Assembly: GCF_036321535.1 (NCBI RefSeq)
Contig: NC_087436.1
Span: forward strand, 83,268,001 to 83,332,000
Source of the DNA: Camelus dromedarius
Lineage: Eukaryota
DNA length: 64,000 nucleotides
Direction: 5' to 3'
Below, one piece after another: positions 37,977-49,033 of the stretch. The position numbers were made by a program, and so were the translations under genes. Within the stretch, counting starts at the first letter, position 1. Every line of letters begins with the position of its first letter. The notes below the pieces were generated by a model. The model saw only the letters and a list, made by a program, of their open reading frames with translations. It had not been told where the DNA came from and ran no database searches.

Positions 37977-39066
37977 CAGACAGACATAAATTCTGAGAAA
38001 CAGCCCTGACAAGTATGGATTTAAGGGAAGTATTTCATGAACTCATGAAATAAAAAATATTTTTTTAAGTAAAGGAGCAGTCCCTTAAAGTCACAGGTCT
38101 ACTATCTTGTAGACATTCTTTAAAAATGCACTAACAAATTTCTTACATTGAAAAAACTTAATTTATGTAGAGAGTGATCACTTCTCCCTCCTACCTCCTC
38201 TTGTTTTTGTTTGGATGATCCCCAAATCAGATCCAGGTTAATTCTTTCATCCATTGACTGCCTTGCCTCTTGTCTCCCAGGAACTGGGTACATAGTCATT
38301 AGTGGTCCAGCTATGGTTCCTGTCCTCATGGAGGCTAACGATGTTGGCTAATATTTATTACATGTTTACTTTGTGCCAGACATTTAATACCATCATCTTA
38401 TTTTATTCTCACATCAACCCTCTGAGGTCGGTACTGTTGTTATCTCTATGTTAGAGATGAGGCTAAGGAGGCTTAGGGAAATGAAGTATCACAGCTGGTA
38501 AGCAAGTCATCTGTGGGAATTAACAGATAATAAACAAATTAGTGGTGGGAACGTCCCTAAAGGTAAGTGGGATCATCCATACTTTAGAGCAATGGTAGCC
38601 TCTGTGGACTTTGAATGATCATGGCTCGCAACTAAGTAGGAAAATACAATTATCTTGGTTTGAAAATATTTTCCAAAATTTCTTCTGAGTTCTCCTTAAC
38701 TCTTGTTTTTTTTCCAGGTCTTAGAAGGATGAACTTGGTGTGCAGACTGGAGGGCTCAGGTACAAAGTCTCAAGTATATCTAACCAAAGCTTGTACTCAT
38801 GCAAGTGTTTGATTTCCATTATACTTGGACTCTATTATTCCTGATAGGCCTTTGATATCCTCAGACTTGTGAGATTTGTTGGTCTAAAAATTTGCTGTCT
38901 TTAGTAATAACATTTAGGAGTCTCTAAACAACTTACGCTTGTGCTGTAATGTGACTCCAGTTTAAATATAATTTATATAGAATTTTTCTGTATAGGAATG
39001 GTTATCTGGTACTACTTTATTCCACCTAAGCCAAGTGAAAAACAAGGGAAGTCTGTGAGTTGGTGT

Positions 39067-39498
39067 TGTTAAAATTAAATACTAAGTGGAGACTGGGCTT
39101 GAAAACTCCCTGGGAGACAAAACCATTTAAGCCACATAAGCAAAACTAAATCTAACTTATTTCATGAACATAAGTAAAAATTAGGTTATTTCTTGTAAAT
39201 GCCGCTGATAATCGTAAAGGAAACTTATCTTCCTAAAAATGGTATAAGACAATCACTTTTAACCAACCCCCTACTGTCTGGAAACCCCCACTGAAATAAC
39301 CAATCACTGTAAAGGTTAAACAACTTCCTCATTTTCACTTTATAAGCCATCCTGTAAGATCACATCCTTGAGCTTCATATCAGTTTTAAATTTGAAAGCT
39401 CTCAGTTCTCGACCTGTTCTTATATGCACATAAACTCTTACTAAGTTCAGTGTATTGATCTAGTGGTTTTAGTTTTGCTATTTTTTGGATTTTTGACA
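39067..39498 (+). mobile_element. ERV1-class solo LTR, 432 bp
   Basis: TGTTAAAA...TTTTGACA inverted termini; 4-bp TSD GTGT; CCAAT and TATAA boxes. Confidence 0.8.
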
Positions 39499-39499
39499 G

Positions 39500-39880
39500 T
39501 GTTCTGGTCTGCATTGTGTCCCTCCAAAATTCATATGTGGAAGCCCTAACCCCTAGTACCTCAGAATGTGACTATATTAGGATCTTTAAGGAGGCAAGCT
39601 AGTTAAAATAAGGTCATTAGAGTGGGTCCTAATCCAGTCTGACTGGTGTCCCTATAAGAATAGGAAACTAGGACAGAGATGCATATGTAGGGAGACCATG
39701 TGAAAATACGGGAAGACGATGGCCACCTACAAGCTGAGAAGAGAGGCCTCAGAAGAAACCAGTGCTGCCAACACTTTGATCTCAGGCTTCTAACCTCCAG
39801 AACTGTAAGAAAACACATTTTCGTTGTTTAAGCCGCTCAGTCTGCAGTGCTTTGTATGGCAACCCTAGCAAGCTAATACA
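39500..39880 (+). mobile_element. MaLR MLT1-type solo LTR
   Basis: tgtgtccctccaaaattcatatgt...gaggcctcagaagaaacc...ctaataca. Confidence 0.85.
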
Positions 39881-41119
39881 ATTGGCTTCTAAGTATGTGC
39901 TGAAAGGTTGTGAATTTCCAGTTAGACACATTCAATTTAGATAATACAGTACAGCATCAAAGAAGAAATCCTCCAAAATAAGTGATTTTTAACAATGTAG
40001 TTTTCCTGATAATATCAGTTATACTCTACTAAGGAATGAACACTCAGAAATTCAGGGTTATGGCCCATGTCCAATTGGTGGTGGTTCATGAAGTGTATGT
40101 GCTCTTAAGCCATTTTCTAACCAAAAATTCATTTATCAATGTGTAAAATTACAGTCTTTTCCTTCATGAAATCTATAATTAAAGTTACGTCAATGGGGAA
40201 ATTTTAATCATAAACTCTGTAATCAAAATTAAGTCTGTAATTTGATACGGTTTTGTGAAAAAGTATATTTTGGCAATACTTCTTCCTGGGTATCAGATGC
40301 AAAAAGTATGGGGCAAGACCAAGGAGAAAAAGAACAGGAAAAGCATTCACCTGGTTTTAATGGGAACATTGCTTGTTGAGTATTGCACTTGACAAGAGTG
40401 AAAGATATGTCTGTATTATAAAAACTAATTTAAGACTGCTTTTTGCTCACAAAGAGAAACAGCTGGATTTTAGCATTTGTGTGTATTCAAGATCAGTGTT
40501 CACTGAGAAAAAGAAAATCTATAGCCATTTGGAGAAGAAAATGAAAATTTAGCTTACTCATCAGTCATTAGAAAACATTCTTTATGTGCACATGGAACAT
40601 AAAGCTCGTCAGATTTATAATCCAGCCGCTTTCAGTTCTTAGAAAGCTTAATCTCTTGATTAGATGCATTTTTAGTTGAATATTTTAAACTGGAAATTAG
40701 AAATTTATACAGTATGACCATTTATTCACACTGCTACCAGGCACTATCACTAAAGACCCGTGAACCATGGACTATGCACTTACTCTGACTTCTGGAATTC
40801 TAGGAAATTCTGGGATAGGAGGATAGAATGGTGACCCAAAGAGTGCAGAGCTTCCCTTCATCCCTGCATCTTTGCAATGATTTAAAATCAAATTCTAACA
40901 ACTGTGAGTACCTGAAAAAAGGGAAGTCCTCATTACAGATTTATTGATCACCCCCAAGGAGATTCTTGTGCCTTAATCTACCCTTTTTAAAACAAATCAG
41001 CAGGAGTAAAGAGAAAGTAATGATTTTAAAGGACACCTGACTTGCAGCCCTGACAGCCTTTGCCAGCTGTCAGTGAAAACACCTGTGATGGTCCAGAAAC
41101 AATGAAAACCTCAGACTCC

Positions 41120-41505
41120 TGTCAGCCCGGAGAGGCTGGAGAGGGATTTGAGGAGGTGAGCTGCCCAACTAGAAGAAGGCGCGAGGAGCCAACATAACGC
41201 GCGAGGAGCCGACATGGAGGAAAACAGCACTTTACTGCAGTACAGGCAGGTGGCGCCCGCTCAGGTGTATGCACTTGTCCTTTTATAATGCCCGCGCATA
41301 TGTATTGTTCATAATGCGGACTCATGCTATGGGCGCATGCCTGTTGTTCATAATGCGGACTCATGCTATGGGCGCATGCCTGTTGTTCATAATGCGGACT
41401 CATGCCACTAGTGCATGTGTACATTTACTTCTTATCTCATACACATGCAAGTTATTATGAACCTTGACCTGGGTCCCACGACCTGCTCACTTAAGACTGC
41501 CGACA
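41120..41505 (-). mobile_element. Young solo ERV LTR, 386 bp, with a tandem 39-bp U3 repeat
   Basis: TGTCGGC...GCTGACA termini, 4-bp TSD CTCC, TATAAAAG and AGTAAA on the - strand, 18 CpGs. Confidence 0.8.
41305..41405. repeat. Perfect 39-bp tandem repeat, about 2.6 copies
   Basis: Unit TTGTTCATAATGCGGACTCATGCTATGGGCGCATGCCTG starting at 41305, 41344 and 41383. Confidence 0.95.
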
Positions 41506-42074
41506 CTCCCCCTGCAAAAATGGTAGGATTTCTGTCTACCCATCATCCACCATAAAGGATTTTCGCCATCCATGAAGCAGCAAAACAGAATGGAAGATTG
41601 AAAATAATTGACAGGCCACCTACATTATGCTGCCAGAACAGGAATGATCCTTCCTAATTGAAAGTAGATATAAAGACACTTGTCTTCCTTCTTACCATGC
41701 CTGGAATGTGCAGGCACTATCTTCTGAGGCAGCTAGATTGCAGGCTCCCCACTCCTACCCACTTCCACCCCCTAAATTAGTCAATATCCACCTGAGAATT
41801 GCAGCTCCCTGAAAGCAACAGGGGAGGATTTGGGAAGGAATCAAAAGTAGCCCATTGCATTCTGGGATGTATGAATCCCACCACACCCCCAGCTCCAGAG
41901 ACTACAAGAAGGGAAAGAATAAGAAGCTTTGTGGCCACTGGGGTTGCAGCTTTGTATACATTCCATCTTTTCAGAGTATTAGGGCTCTGGAAGGTGAAGG
42001 AAAGCGAATATACCATCTTTTTCCTTCAGAGTTGCATTCAGTGAAATTTTGCTGGTTACTAGAAATGAGTCTAG

Positions 42075-42315
42075 GTCAGGATTCTCAACCTGTTCGCTAT
42101 TGATACTTGGGGCCAGGTAATTCTTTGTTGTGGGGTGCTGGCACGTGTATGTTTAGCAGCATCCCTGGATCTCTGAGATCTCAGGATTTTTTGCAGTGCC
42201 TCCAACCTCCACTTATTAGAAGCCAGTACCTCTCACCCCAAAATAACAACCAACAGTGTCTCCAGACAATGCCAAATGTCCCTCAGGGCAGAATCACTAT
42301 TGGTTGAGAACCATT
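42075..42315. mobile_element. MER20-like hAT MITE
   Basis: ggccaggtaattctttgttgtgggg...tgtttagcagcatccctgg...gtctccagac...ggttgagaacca. Confidence 0.75.
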
Positions 42316-44394
42316 GGAAGAAGACAACCAAAGACATAACTGAAGAATAGATTGTTGAGTACAAAAAAAAGACCTAGGTATGTAGATCAATGCAGATCAC
42401 TGAGCTCTAGGCAAAAATCTATAGTTACTGTTATTTATTGGGGGCACATTTTATGCCAGGTGCTGCTCTAAGTGCTTTACCACATTATCTCACTTAACCA
42501 CAGCATACGCTATGAGGTGGTCACGATTATCATCTCCATTTTACAACCAAAGAAATGGAGACACAGAAAGGTACGGCAGGAGTCTGCCTTTAAGTCAAAT
42601 TGAACGAAATCGGATTCAATCCCAGGCAACCTGATTCCAGAGGCAGCTTCTTATCACTAAGGTATAAACAGGTATACCTGGATAGCCCTTTGTAAATTGC
42701 AGGGCATTTTCCCAGTTCAGTCCTGCCTCTTTCCCTAATTTACCTACATTCCATGATGGTTTCTTCTTATGGGTTTAACGTCAGACAGGTGAAGAGTCTA
42801 TTTGGACTAAGGCAGCAGTATAGTTGCAGCACCAGACCTATTGGCTGGGGGCCTGGCATTCATTTTAACGCTTTTAGGCTTCCTCTCCTTCCCTTCACTT
42901 TGGCCTCTACCCCTGGCTTCTGCCTCATTTTCTTCAGTATTTTGGATAACCTGAATCCAATCTACTTGGCTGAGCCCTCGGGCAATCAGGAAACACCTGC
43001 CCCAGTGGTTGTTTTCTATTCCCAGGCCCCCAGTGATATCTGAGGGTGTACTCTTGAGGTATTGTTTCCCTTGTGGGACTTACCCACTGTAGACAGGACA
43101 CTGACCTACACCAAGCCTGAAATTGTTATGCCCTTTGGTCCACAGTGTCTGGGGTTAATACTGCTTTCCCTTCAGGGTCAAGCCCTGTACTACAGCCAGT
43201 TCCTCTGGATCTGGTCCCTTCCAGTCCGGGCTTCCACCCACCTCCCCCAGCACTTCCTCTAAAAGTCCATGCTTGACTTCTCACCAGTCAAGGTAGGAAG
43301 GCCATTAGCCTTTTATTTTGGTTCTTGTTGTTTGTTTGTTTGTGTTAAAATGTTATTTTGATCTTCCAAACAACATATGTAGCAAGGAGGTGGAAAACAA
43401 CTTACGTAGCAAGCAGGGTATATATGTAAATCCCATTTGAGCAAAGCAGAGTGGTGACTTTACTTCATGCCACAGTGCTACTTAAGTGGCACGGCCAGAG
43501 CTTACACCCAGGTCATGAAACCGTAAGTGTTTAGGGCTCGAAAGGCCTTTAAAAGTCATCTGATCCAACCAAGTAAACGAAACTTGGCTCTCCTGCATAC
43601 CATCTCTGCCAACTAGTTAACTAGCCTGTGTTTGAACGCCTTCCCTCACAGGACAGCTCAGTTTCATCTTCAGTTCTGACAGTCATTTGTTTAATCCTTC
43701 TCACACTCTTTAATTCATTAAATAAGTATTTCAGGGCCTAACATGTGCACCACCAGGTGCTATGTGGCTATTGAGGTAATTTCTGGAAGTCACTTTACTT
43801 AACAATAGAAAGTAGAAAGTTTTACAGCACTTATTATTTATTCTACTGATAAAGTGCAGTGGAAACAAACCACTGGCAAGTTCGTCTTTCTACTGATCCA
43901 AAAACTTTTTGTGTAGCTTCCAGAATTTGGTCTTAATTTAGCCTCTTCTTCCCAGACATGAAGAAATGCATTACCTCTTTTTGTTACAGCTAGTGTGTCA
44001 TCCTTCAGTTGCTTCTCATAAAGGGTTTCTCAGAACCTTTTTCTCTCCTGAGTACTTCTTCCTGGACCCATTTCAGTTTGTCTGTGTTTCTCTGAAAGGG
44101 TTTCCCTAGAGCTGCATAGAACGTGATGTGGACTGGTCCAAAGAGAAGAGAAGTGAACTACTATTTTCTCATTCTAGATAAAATAATTCTGTAGGGCATT
44201 AACATTATTTGGTGACCAAACTCATCCATTATTATTTCAAACTGATCTTACCATTAACTAAGACCCATGGTGCCAGGTGTTCAAAAGATAATACTGTGAC
44301 TAGGCTCCCACTCTTAAATGTCTTATCCTGCCAGAGTATTATACTGTTGCTCATATGGCAGACCACTTAACGAGTTAAAGTTCATTAATTAATA

Positions 44395-45130
44395 TTATTT
44401 TTAATTGTGGCAAAATACACATAAAATAAAATTTATCATTTTAACATGTACAGTTTAGTAGTGTTAAATATATTCACTATATTGTACAACCATCACCACC
44501 ATCCATCTCCAGAACTTTTTCATCTTCCCAATTGAAATTGTTCCTATTAAACTAACTCCCCATTTCCGCCTGCCCCAGCCTCTAGCAGTGATCATTCTAC
44601 TTTCTGTCTCCATGAATTTGACTACCATAAGTACCTCATATACATGGATCATACAATAGTTGATTTTTTTGTGTGTGACTGGCTTATTTCACCTACCTTA
44701 ATGTATTCAGAATTCATCTGTGTTGTAGTATGTGTCAGAATTTCCTTCATTTTCAATGCTGTGTAATACTCCATTGTTCATATATACCACATTTTGTTTA
44801 TTCATTCATCCGTTGATGGATACTTGGGTTACTGCTAGATTTCAGCTATTGAAAATAGTGCTGCTGTGAACATGAGTGTACAAATATCTTTTTTATGATT
44901 TTTTTATTGAAGTATAGTCAGTTACAATGTGTCAGTGTCTGGTGTACAGCACAATGTCCCAGTCATGCATATACATATATATATTCATTTTTATTAAAGG
45001 TTATTATAAGATATTGAATATACTTCTCTGTGCTATACAGAATAAAAAATTTTTTTAGTACAAATATCTTTTTGAGACCTTGCTTTCAGTTCTTCTGGGT
45101 ATATACCCAGAAGTGAAATTACTAGATTGT
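44395..45130 (-). mobile_element. Old L1MB-like 3' end interrupted by a 164-bp younger L1 tip (44894-45057)
   Basis: 16-bp TSD GTACAAATATCTTTTT (44878-44893 / 45058-45073) around the insert. Confidence 0.85.
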
Positions 45131-46139
45131 AAGGAATAAATAATTATTTTTAATCCTTTCAGAATATTTTTAAAAAGGTATTGCTTGGCTATCCTGGAGC
45201 ATTTTTTGTTTTTTTACTTATTTGTTTTTGTTTTAGCTCTCACTTAGACAAGGTCTGGATTAATTTAACCGAGTTTGAAATCTTCCTTATCAAATCTGAT
45301 ATTCAGTGATAGCTAGTGCCAATTTTTGAAAAGCCTTAGAATAGTAAGGACACTAGAAGCCAATTACCTATTGAAAAGTATTAAAGATACTAGATACCTT
45401 TTGATGGAACACCAGTGAAGATACGCTTTTGTATCCTTTTGTATAGGATTTCTCCTTTTCACGCAATGAATAGTCCATATTCTAGTAGAGTTGGGACATG
45501 CAAATAGCATGTCAAGGTGATTATGCTAAACACCATGTTGCCCTCAGAGTTTAAAAGCTGAATACTGATTTGGTCTCAATGTCATTTGAGGGCTCCTCTT
45601 TAGCCTGTCAGATCTGACAAGCATCAACAGCTGTCACGAAGGTGATGTCACTTGCCCTCTTGTTTGCTAGTAGTACAAGGCTGCAGTGCCATTAATAGTC
45701 AATTTTCTAAAACAACAGAATTTAAGAGCTTCAAGTAAAATAAAAAGCCCTCATCTATAATGAAGTTCTTAGGACTTTTTCCTTCCTGAAGTATGTTTAT
45801 AGCATCAGGCTTACTTTACATCAGACATTCTGTAAAAAAAAATGTCCCTTACTTTACAAAAGACTCATATATGTAGAAGACATCACCACTATCACTTCAT
45901 ACATAAATTTGAAATGTGAATCTTCTAACTGTATCCCGTGTCTGTTTAATAGTTCATTTAAATGTACTGAATCCCCTTTCATAAGCAGTGAATCATCAGA
46001 ATGTTACAGGCTTGTCATCCAACCCAGTTTAGTTAGTACTCGCTGCGTCAGGCAGTGTGCTAGGTGCTAGTATATACTGGAAAGCAAAGTTTAAACAAAG
46101 ATGCTCCCTCAAGGATCTTATACCTTTAGAGGGACACTC

Positions 46140-46790
46140 TTCATTGACATTCTAAAACCTGGTCGTCTCTCAATCTTCTTCACCTTAGTAAAGGGCATTA
46201 CTGCTGTCTAACCAGCTGCTGAAGCCAGAAATCTAGGACTTTTCTTTGTTTTTTTCTCTTCCAACCCTCCAGCTCCCTTCTTTTCTACCTCCAAAATAGA
46301 TCTTGCCTACATCTACTTCTTTTCATCTCTACTGCTATTGTCTGAACCCAAGCCACTGCTATCTCTAGTCCGGATTACTGTAATCACCTCAATCACCTCC
46401 TAACGGGTCTGTCTAATTCTTCTGTTGTGCCCCTTCCATCCCTTGCCATTCATTCAGGAACCAGCGATCTGTTCAGAACCTCCCAGTGGCTTCTCATTGC
46501 ACTTATAATAAAATCAAAACCCCTAGAAAGCTCTGCATGATATGTCCCTGCCTCTTTCTCTGAAGTCATCACATGCCACTCCCTTCTCCACTCACTCTGT
46601 CCCAGCCACACGGGCAACCTGGCAGTCCTTTCAGTGCCTTAACAGTCGCAAGCTCTTCTCAGCCTCAAAACTTTCACACATGCTGTTCCCCCTGCCACAG
46701 GTGCTCTTACCCTGCCTGGCATTTCCTTACATTCACAAGACTTAACTTTACAGGTTTTCTGTTCAGGAAGGAATGCCCAGAAAATGCTAG
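46140..46790. mobile_element. L2 fragment
   Basis: gaagccagaaatctagga, tcacctcctaacgggtct, cagtggcttctcattgcactta patterns. Confidence 0.65.
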
Positions 46791-47198
46791 ATAGGTCTCT
46801 CCGTTAATATGTGTCTGTGTATGGGGGGTGGGCTGGGGTGGAGTAGGGAGACGATGTAGAGATCAGTTTGTCAAGAGTGAACAATGCTGGGCCACAGTAT
46901 GCTGGGGTCAGGGTCTTGGAATGAATGTGGAGAATAGGATGAAGAACCAAGATTTGATGACTATTTATTTTGAGTTACTACTAAATCTTAAGTGAGTAAT
47001 TACTTCTATGAGTATATGCACCATTTTTGTGGTGACAACGTGTTAAGTTTCATCAGGTTCTGAAAAGGATAGAAGATCAAAAAAGAAAGTTAGGAATCAT
47101 GCTTTAATGGTAGCAAGAGGAAGCAAAAAGGGCAAGACACGGAAACTCCACACTCATTCTTTTGCTGAAGCTCAGTACTGCTAATTCCTGATTCTCTC

Positions 47199-47325
47199 TT
47201 TTTGGGGGGAGGGGCAGGGGAGGTAATTAGGTTTATTTATTTGTTTAATGGAGGTACTGGGGATTGAACCCCAGGACGCTGTGTACGCTAGGCATGCACT
47301 CTATGGCTGAGCTGCACCCTCCTCC
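47199..47325 (-). mobile_element. tRNA-derived SINE (Vic-1-like)
   Basis: Reverse complement of the 24.8 kb SINE body; imperfect ~17-bp TSD ctaattcctgattctct / ctaatttctgactctct. Confidence 0.85.
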
Positions 47326-48599
47326 CTAATTTCTGACTCTCTTTTCCCTTACTAGACTCATTTCAGGGCTTCTTGTGTTTCTAGAACTAGCTTGCAAAGA
47401 GGCTGCAGAGTTCTTTTGTTCTGTTGTGAGTTATTTTATTTGCTGACAATATGTTCTTTAAAAGATTCTGTTTTGGTGTTTTACAGAATATTTTGTCTAT
47501 GTTTCTTAGGTGAGTTTTCTAAATATTACAAATACAGTATCTCCATAAAGTGGATATTAAAATAACTCAATAAATATTTATCATTGGCAATCTATTTTTA
47601 AATTATAGATGAGACATAGAAGGCTTAGGTAGCTTTTAATTAGCCGGAACTGTTTTTTTCCAGTGAAATAAATAATCAAGTATTGCCTAGTTGATTCTCT
47701 AAGGAAAATATTTCTGTAGTTAACTCTCAAATATAGCCTATATTTCACATAGCCAAGTCCACTGAATGTTTAGGGGCTGACCTGGGGTCAGAATCTCTTT
47801 CCTAAGCAATTTATTTAGGTAACTGGTTTTCCTTCTCCATACAGACCAAAATAAAGTTTCCATTTTGTTTTGCAATATAATGTTGACTTAAAAAAATAAA
47901 GATTATTAATGCCCAGATTTCCTCTTAATAATATAAAGTTGTGGACTAGGTTTGTACTTGATGGAGTTTCTTATAGTTAAGATTGATTTTCCTGAGTCCT
48001 CTCCATAGACGTGAAGTTTCACTTTAACATTTATAGTCTTGCTTTATGGTATAAATATTAATTCAGTAAAAGAGTAAAATAAATTTAATTATTTTTTGTT
48101 CCTACTATTATAGTCAAATCATATTGCTCTGCTGCAGTATCAAGGAAAACATAATGATTTGTCTTTGAAATGACTAGAATTTCATCAAAGTCAAGGCTTA
48201 TATAAGTTCAATTTTCTACAATTTACATGCTTTCTGAATGAAACTGATATGGAGTTGTGATTTGACTGATATTATAACAAAATATCAGGTGGAGAGAGGC
48301 ACTCTTTAAAACAGATTCGGCTAACCTGCATTTGCTTGCAAGGGGATGTCAATGCTTGTTGGAAAGATCTAGCCGGGGAGTTCAGCTCCCCGTATATCCT
48401 GACTAAGAATAGACTTTGTCAGTTTGGAAATGTCATTCTTTTTGATTGAGTTGACACTTTGGGAAGAACACACATGGAACTCTCAGAGGAAGGGAACTCT
48501 GGACTAAGATGCCAGATCACTCAGTCAATCCTGGCAGTCAGCCTGGTGACAGATGCCACAGCTAGACTGCATTAAAAGCCTATTTAATATAGATGCTTT

Positions 48600-49033
48600 T
48601 TGTAGCAACCTGCTTACCTCTGTACCACAAACTGGGTGGCTTAAAATAACAGAAATGTATTATCTCACAATTCTAGAGGCTAAAGTTAGAAATCAAGGTG
48701 TTGGCAGTTGGTTCCTCCTGGAAGCTCTGGGGGAGAATCTATTCTCAAGGCCTTTCCCCTCACTTCTGATGGTTGGTTGGCATTCCTTGGCTTGTAGACA
48801 TGTCGCTCCAGTCTCTGTCTCCACCTTCACATGGTGTTTTCCCTGCGTGTCTCTTTGTGTTCAAAGGGCCTTCTTATGAGGACACCAGGTGTTGGATTTC
48901 AGGCCCTCCTAATCTGACATGACCATATCTTAATGAAATTGTTTATATCTGTAATGACCTGATTCCAAATAATTCACATTCTGAAGTTCCAGGTAGACAT
49001 GAATTTTGTAGAGAAACTATTTAATCCACTACA
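48600..49033 (-). mobile_element. MaLR MLT1-type solo LTR
   Basis: ccacaaactgggtggcttaaaataacagaaatgtattatctcacaattctagaggc signature. Confidence 0.8.

Noticed and set aside
37701..38012. Lys/Arg/Glu-rich and Phe/Leu/Ser-rich ORFs
   Set aside because: Translations of the GAAA microsatellite
41251..41265. TGGCGCCCGCTCAGG resembles a tRNA-Lys primer-binding site
   Set aside because: It is internal to the LTR, on the strand opposite to the TATA/polyA orientation, not preceded by a terminal CA and not followed by gag-like sequence
41122..41460. ORFs with repeated peptides (MSPHYEQQACAHS; LFIMRTHAMGACL) and a superficial CRISPR-like look
   Set aside because: They translate a head-to-tail 39-bp tandem repeat with no spacers inside an LTR; eukaryotic context, no cas genes
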